Positions 59,975 through 64,000 of a stretch of DNA of 64,000 nucleotides are shown here, piece after piece. The stretch is from sequence record ON287375.1; one strand, written 5' to 3'. Numbering within the stretch: position 1 is the first letter of the stretch; each line of letters starts with the position of its first letter. A model generated the notes under the pieces. It worked only from the letters and a program-made list of their open reading frames with translations, was not told the DNA's origin and did not search any database. A program made the translations under genes and the position numbers.

Positions 59975-60901
59975 TTACATGGACACTCGAAAGAGCAATC
60001 AATAATCTCAGGGTTGCAAATCCCTTCATATTACAATCACTCAGACGGCTGTCTACGGTTGATGTCAACAACTTTCCCCTGGCATGGAGACGGACCGTTT
60101 GCGTCTGGCTTGGTACGCTATAATGCCATATAGTTACCTTCCAGTTAAAGCGCTGTTGTCTCACCCTTGAACATCGGGTGGCTGCTCACGGTTAGGGCAC
60201 AGCTGTTCTATGACGGTTCCAATGGTGCTGGAGACACCTTATTGGATACCCGTTTCGTCTACTTGTTTTATGTCGTCAGACTCGTCAGATAGTACGACAA
60301 CCCTCACCAAAGGGATTAGGGTGGTCCTCTGATATCGCATGAGTAATCTCATTACTCTCCCAGGTTATTTGAACATCAATGTTCAACCTTAAGTTATGCT
60401 TTCGTTCAGAAGGACCGATGGGTGTGTCTCCGTATCATCAACTCTCAAGCTCATCACATTTATGCATATATAGCTAGGGTTTGTTCGATACCAAGACACA
60501 TATGGGTACAGCGTTCCCAGTTAAGATAGATATTGTTTTTTATGACCGCCCAGGATGGAGTTCGGGTTCTACCATCATCGATAATCCAATAGTCACGTAT
60601 CGGAAGTGCATTCAGCTTATGCTACTGGGCATTCTATCAAACGCGCTGCTATGTCGCCGAGGCTTAACCAGGACAACACCCACCAAGAGCTACTTACAAT
60701 AGCGGACTCTCGCCGCCGTTCACTCTTGGATTTAAACCTGGCATACTAGCCAGGTATTGCCTCTGTACTTGTCTGCCCAGTAGGGCCGAACTTACAGAGG
60801 TCTTACATCCCAATACCGTTGACTGGCAAACCCCTTCCAACCCCGAATCAATCGGCTCATTGGACCAGACTTACACTTCCCAACTTAACTGGGTTACTAC
60901 A
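59975..60901 (-). ncRNA. Candidate large ornate non-coding RNA (~925 nt), family unassigned
   Basis: No credible ORF; >12 helices including two 10-bp long-range pairings; starts right after tRNA-Ile CCA and ends at a hairpin. Confidence 0.65.
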
Positions 60902-60978
60902 TGGTGGCCCTGACAGGACTTGAACCTGTGACCAGGCGATTATGAGTCACTTGCTCTAACCAACTGAGCTACAGGGCC
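60902..60978 (-). tRNA. tRNA-Ile2(CAU), or Met
   Basis: GGCCCTGTAGCTCAGTTGGTTAGAGC...CTCATAA...GGTTCAAGTCC...GGGCCACCA; closely resembles enterobacterial ileX. Confidence 0.92.
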
Positions 60979-60984
60979 GCACTA

Positions 60985-61251
60985 TCAAGCTTCTTTTTGA
61001 GGAAGACTTGCTTTGTGTTTAGCAACAACTGGCATCAGACCTTGGAAGCCATGTGGATTATATTTACCATCCACAAACACTTGAGGAACTGAAGTTACAG
61101 TCTGACCACAGATTTCACTAAGCTTAGGGGCATCGATCCCAACTTGAGTAATGTCGATGCATTCATGTTCAATACCTTCAACATCTTTAACCAGGTTCTT
61201 AGCGCGATCACACCATGGGCAATTCGGTTTGCCATAGATTACAACTTTCAT
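60985..61251 (-). CDS. Glutaredoxin
   Basis: YGKPNCPWC active site; TVTSVPQVFVDG. Confidence 0.92.
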   Translation of the reverse strand: MKVVIYGKPNCPWCDRAKNLVKDVEGIEHECIDITQVGIDAPKLSEICGQTVTSVPQVFVDGKYNPHGFQGLMPVVAKHKASLPQKEA

Positions 61252-61261
61252 TTAAATATTC

Positions 61262-61390
61262 CTAACCAAATGTAATATGGACGAAAGAGAAAAGCCAACG
61301 TAGTGTTTCAATAACGCCCCAACCAACTACAGCACAAAGTAATCCAAAGATTACAAAAGCCCCTGTCCAGGAGCCACCGCCGAAGTACAT
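61262..61390 (-). CDS. Small membrane protein (42 aa), not in the ORF track
   Basis: AAGGAG RBS; MYFGGGSWTGAFVIFGLLCAVVGWGVIETLRWLFSFVHITFG. Confidence 0.7.
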   Translation of the reverse strand: MYFGGGSWTGAFVIFGLLCAVVGWGVIETLRWLFSFVHITFG

Positions 61391-61407
61391 AGTAACTCCT
61401 TAATAAG

Positions 61408-61484
61408 TGGTCCACTCTACTGGATTCGAACCAGTGACCGATTGCTTAGAAGGCAATTGCTCTATCCTGCTGAGCTAAGAGCGG
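61408..61484 (-). tRNA. tRNA-Arg(UCU)
   Basis: ATTGC-CTTCTAA-GCAAT anticodon arm, GGTTCGAATCC T-arm, CCA end. Confidence 0.95.
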
Positions 61485-61488
61485 GAAA

Positions 61489-61577
61489 TGGCAGAGAGTA
61501 AGGGATTCGAACCCTTGTGCCCCGAAGGACAACCTCCTTAGCAGGGAGGCGACTTAAACCAACTCATCCAACTCTCT
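61489..61577 (-). tRNA. tRNA-Ser(GCU)
   Basis: CCTCC-CTGCTAA-GGAGG anticodon arm, long variable arm, CCA end. Confidence 0.95.
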
Positions 61578-61582
61578 TCATA

Positions 61583-61678
61583 TGGTGCCCTTGTGTGATG
61601 ATTCGTTTCACAACAATGGTTTATGGATAATAGAATCTGGAGATTTGATAATCCACCATTCCCTCATCACTATAGGGC
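61583..61678 (-). ncRNA. tRNA-like RNA or degenerate tRNA-Trp(CCA) ending in ACCA
   Basis: GCCCT/AGGGC-ACCA acceptor-like end, TGTGA-AACGAATCA-TCACA T-like arm, CTCCAGA loop on a poor stem. Confidence 0.45.
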
Positions 61679-61684
61679 ATTGAT

Positions 61685-61760
61685 TGGCGCTCATGACAGG
61701 GCTCGAACCTGTGACATACGGATTAACAGTCCGCCGTTCTACCGACTGAACTACATGAGC
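61685..61760 (-). tRNA. tRNA-Asn(GUU)
   Basis: GCGGA-CTGTTAA-TCCGT anticodon arm, GGTTCGAGCCC, CCA end. Confidence 0.95.
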
Positions 61761-61907
61761 TTGGGTGGGAGTCACTAGCTCCCAGGTCAGACAATGTCCA
61801 ACTGTAACTCGGTTTGATTACCTCGCGGTAACCCTGCTCTGGCATCACATGGGTCTCACCCATTATCCCCCAGACTTGGCCTACGATGGCTCCTTTGGCG
61901 CACCCAA
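61761..61907 (-). ncRNA. Candidate structured small RNA (~147 nt)
   Basis: TTGGGTG/CACCCAA closing stem; TTACC-GCGA-GGTAA and ATGGG-TGAGA-CCCAT hairpins. Confidence 0.5.
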
Positions 61908-61969
61908 CCCGAAACGCTCGCTCAAAGACTTATCGTAATAAAGCTTTAAGCAAATGTTTAAAGAAAACA

Positions 61970-62095
61970 CCCCACTTCGACATTTAAGTCAGTACTGATT
62001 CTTACTTGTAATTCAACAATCCGTTTCGGCTTACCTGACACCTTGGTCAATGTAACGCCCGGTTCGTATCTATTACGTTGGGAAGGACAGTGGGG
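61970..62095 (-). ncRNA. Candidate structured small RNA (~126 nt)
   Basis: CCCCACT/AGTGGGG closing stem; several short internal hairpins. Confidence 0.4.
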
Positions 62096-62447
62096 ATAAT
62101 TGTTTTTTGTCTGCGATAACTTAGATCCTGCTCAACTGGATCTCTTCTCCCTGAGGCTGAGAGCACTATTTAAGATTAACGCTTAGTATAACGAAGTATA
62201 TCTAAAAAGCCGAACTTAATCGGTAGTTGTTGAGTATCGTAGAGGGACTCGTTTCCAAATTGTGGTCCTGCCATTATACTACACTAGTTAGGCTGGAACA
62301 TGTAATCGCTAGTGAAGTTCCTATTCGCTGCAACGCGGCCCTAGGAAGGGAATTGGCGAACCGACTGATCCAGGTGAATGACCATGGCGTAATCATTCCT
62401 TTTGTTATCAGCCGGCTCTTGTTCTTAACAGAATATAGTAAACTCTG

Positions 62448-62660
62448 TTAATTAAATACTTTTGGTGGGACTATGGTATTTGGTCTTGGTCTGTATTTCA
62501 TCATGGTTTTGTTAATTCCTTCTTCCCCATGATTGTTCCAGATCTTGATGATTTCCTTTTCATCTAAATGATTCATCAGGAACTTGACCTTTCTCAATAC
62601 CGCATTGGTCCATAGCTTAGACTTGTTCTTAGCAGACCACCATGTTTTAAAGCTCAGCAA
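62448..62660 (-). CDS. Possible small hypothetical protein; start uncertain
   Basis: Open frame ...KNKSKLWTNAVLRKVKFLMNH...; no clear ATG. Confidence 0.3.
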   Translation of the reverse strand: MLSFKTWWSAKNKSKLWTNAVLRKVKFLMNHLDEKEIIKIWNNHGEEGINKTMMKYRPRPNTIVPPKVFN

Positions 62661-62892
62661 ACAAACCACCCCATTCCAACCAGTCTTCTGCCAACAGATC
62701 AGAGATTGAAGGAACCCAGGTATTGGATATAAGTTTTGCCGCATCGATTATTAAGAAGAATGGTTGAATCCCAGGAACATTATGAATAGTTACACATAGA
62801 CCTTTACCGTTCCAACCTTTACGCTGGTATCTTTTCCCTTCTTTAAGTCCTTCAAGAACTTCTGAGAAAGTAAGCAACTTAGTTTCTTGCAT
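62647..62892 (-). CDS. tad2: DUF2829/Tad2-like protein (anti-Thoeris nucleotide-signal sponge family)
   Basis: TFSEVLEGLKEGKRYQRKGWNGKG...WVPSISDLLAEDW signature; AAGGA RBS. Confidence 0.75.
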   Translation of the reverse strand: MQETKLLTFSEVLEGLKEGKRYQRKGWNGKGLCVTIHNVPGIQPFFLIIDAAKLISNTWVPSISDLLAEDWLEWGGLFAEL

Positions 62893-62915
62893 GACAATTC
62901 CTTAGGGAGAAAAAG

Positions 62916-63550
62916 GCCCCATATCAAACACTAGGATATGGGGCAAAGGGAATCCTCAATGGAACACATTAACCATTGAGGCAAGCAGCAACCAGCTGGC
63001 GGTTACGCTTTTAATATGGACTTGTTAGATCATATTAAAAGTGCCAGAGATTCATTCCTCTGGCTGCTCAATATAAGCTTAAACACATACGCTTGAAGTT
63101 TAGGCAGCTATAACTTCCATATCCATATTTCAGAAAACAAACATATGGAAGTAGGGTCTTTCGACCCTTACCAACCTCACTGAAGACTTCCTTGCCTTCC
63201 CTAGGAATACTATTTCTAATACCCTTAGGGAAAGCAAATGCATACCAGGAAAAGGAGTACGCACTCACCTTCTTACCTATTGTGAAGATATCAAAGCCGC
63301 GGAGCACGATCCCTTCTTTATATCTACTCGTTCTAATTGAATAGGTTATAAAGAAAGGGGGAAGGGCAGACTTCCCACCTTTGGCTAAGGGCATGAACAA
63401 TGGCTACAAAAACCCAGGCGGGGGTAATCGTAGTGAAAGCACGATGGCAGTACGTGATTCTTTAAGAGTACTTATTCCGGTCAAGATCGCTTAAAGAATC
63501 AGAGATATTAATCGTGACATAATATCTCTGGCCTGTGTAAATATTCACAG
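62916..63550 (-). other. Non-coding array of about 12 tandem hairpins
   Basis: Perfect 7-12 bp stems of unrelated sequence packed nearly end to end. Confidence 0.7.
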
Positions 63551-63643
63551 TTAAATGTGTATGAGCAATGCAACTTGAACGACAAGAAGTGAAGTGGAAG
63601 AAGTTCACTTTTTGTTACATAATATAAATAAGTTCCATTATTA

Positions 63644-63660
63644 ATTAAATAGATATTATC
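63644..63660 (+). promoter_or_regulatory. Putative phage early promoter
   Basis: ATTAAATAGATATTATC in an AT-rich tract upstream of the ORF at 63713. Confidence 0.55.
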
Positions 63661-63712
63661 AAAGGGAATATACATTGATATTAATTTTCATTAGAGTATA
63701 GAGGAACTTATT

Positions 63713-64000
63713 ATGCACATTCCAGAAATCGAAATTAACCGTATGCGTAAAATCATTAGCAGTTCTTTATCTGAACGTTTTCACGTTAATCAGGTAACTG
63801 TTGAACAAGTAAAACCAGATGCACTTCATGAAGGTCATATCTGGGAGTCTGAAGTTTATGCATTTGAATTCATTATCAATGGTACTGATCGTTATATCAC
63901 TTTCTGTACCTTGCGCCTTGGTCGTACCATGTTCACCAGGGCTAAACAAGGGATCTGTGAATCTCTTGCCAAACTAATCAGACCGCATGATTTTGGTTTG
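63713..64000 (+). CDS. Hypothetical protein, 3'-truncated by the window
   Basis: GAGGA RBS; MHIPEIEINRMRK... open to the window end. Confidence 0.75.
   Translation, partial: MHIPEIEINRMRKIISSSLSERFHVNQVTVEQVKPDALHEGHIWESEVYAFEFIINGTDRYITFCTLRLGRTMFTRAKQGICESLAKLIRPHDFGL

Noticed and set aside
59934-60702. ORFs 59934-60164 (-) and 60481-60702 (+)
   Set aside because: Non-ATG starts and no RBS; the region is better explained as structured RNA
59975-60901. Group I/II intron, tmRNA, RNase P RNA or rRNA fragment as the identity of the large RNA
   Set aside because: No interrupted host gene, and I found no group II domain V, tmRNA acceptor ends or RNase P GAGGAAAGUCC motif; a covariance search is still needed
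62225-62290. tRNA-like 5' half on the minus strand (GTGTAGTATAATGGCAGGAC...TTTGGAA)
   Set aside because: No anticodon stem, T-arm or CCA; may be a relic or an AT-rich promoter-like sequence
62227-62451. 74-aa plus-strand ORF
   Set aside because: Opposite to the cluster orientation, TTG start, no RBS
62916-63550. CRISPR array or 110-aa ORF 63068-63400 as the explanation of the hairpin region
   Set aside because: No direct repeats with spacers and no cas genes; the ORF lacks an RBS and has atypical composition
1-64000. Nuclear shell (ChmA), PhuZ, major capsid, DNA polymerase and nvRNAP genes
   Set aside because: Not recognisable in this window; nucleus formation is inferred only from the phiKZ-like gene set

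Overview
A 64-kb segment of an AT-rich phiKZ-like (Chimalliviridae-type) jumbo myophage genome, probably infecting a gammaproteobacterium. The core is recognisable: three subunits of the split virion RNA polymerase, a UvsX/RecA-like recombinase, an SF2/SNF2 helicase, a 2398-aa tape-measure protein with a GH19 muralytic domain, endolysin, prohead protease, tail tube and sheath, terminase large subunit and thymidylate kinase. An accessory block of small early genes lies at about 35.6-45.6 kb. The most unusual part is the right end (59.9-63.6 kb, minus strand): four canonical tRNAs, a glutaredoxin and a Tad2/DUF2829-like gene, interleaved with several unannotated structured RNAs. These are a ~925-nt ornate RNA with long-range helices and a pseudoknot, two 125-150-nt closed-stem RNAs, a CCA-ended tRNA-like RNA and a ~640-nt array of about 12 hairpins. 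Other candidates are a Ser-to-Ala pseudo-protease paralogue, an apparently dead RNase H, and four exported two-Cys paralogues. All assignments come from reading motifs by eye and from recalled phiKZ synteny; no searches or folding programs were run.
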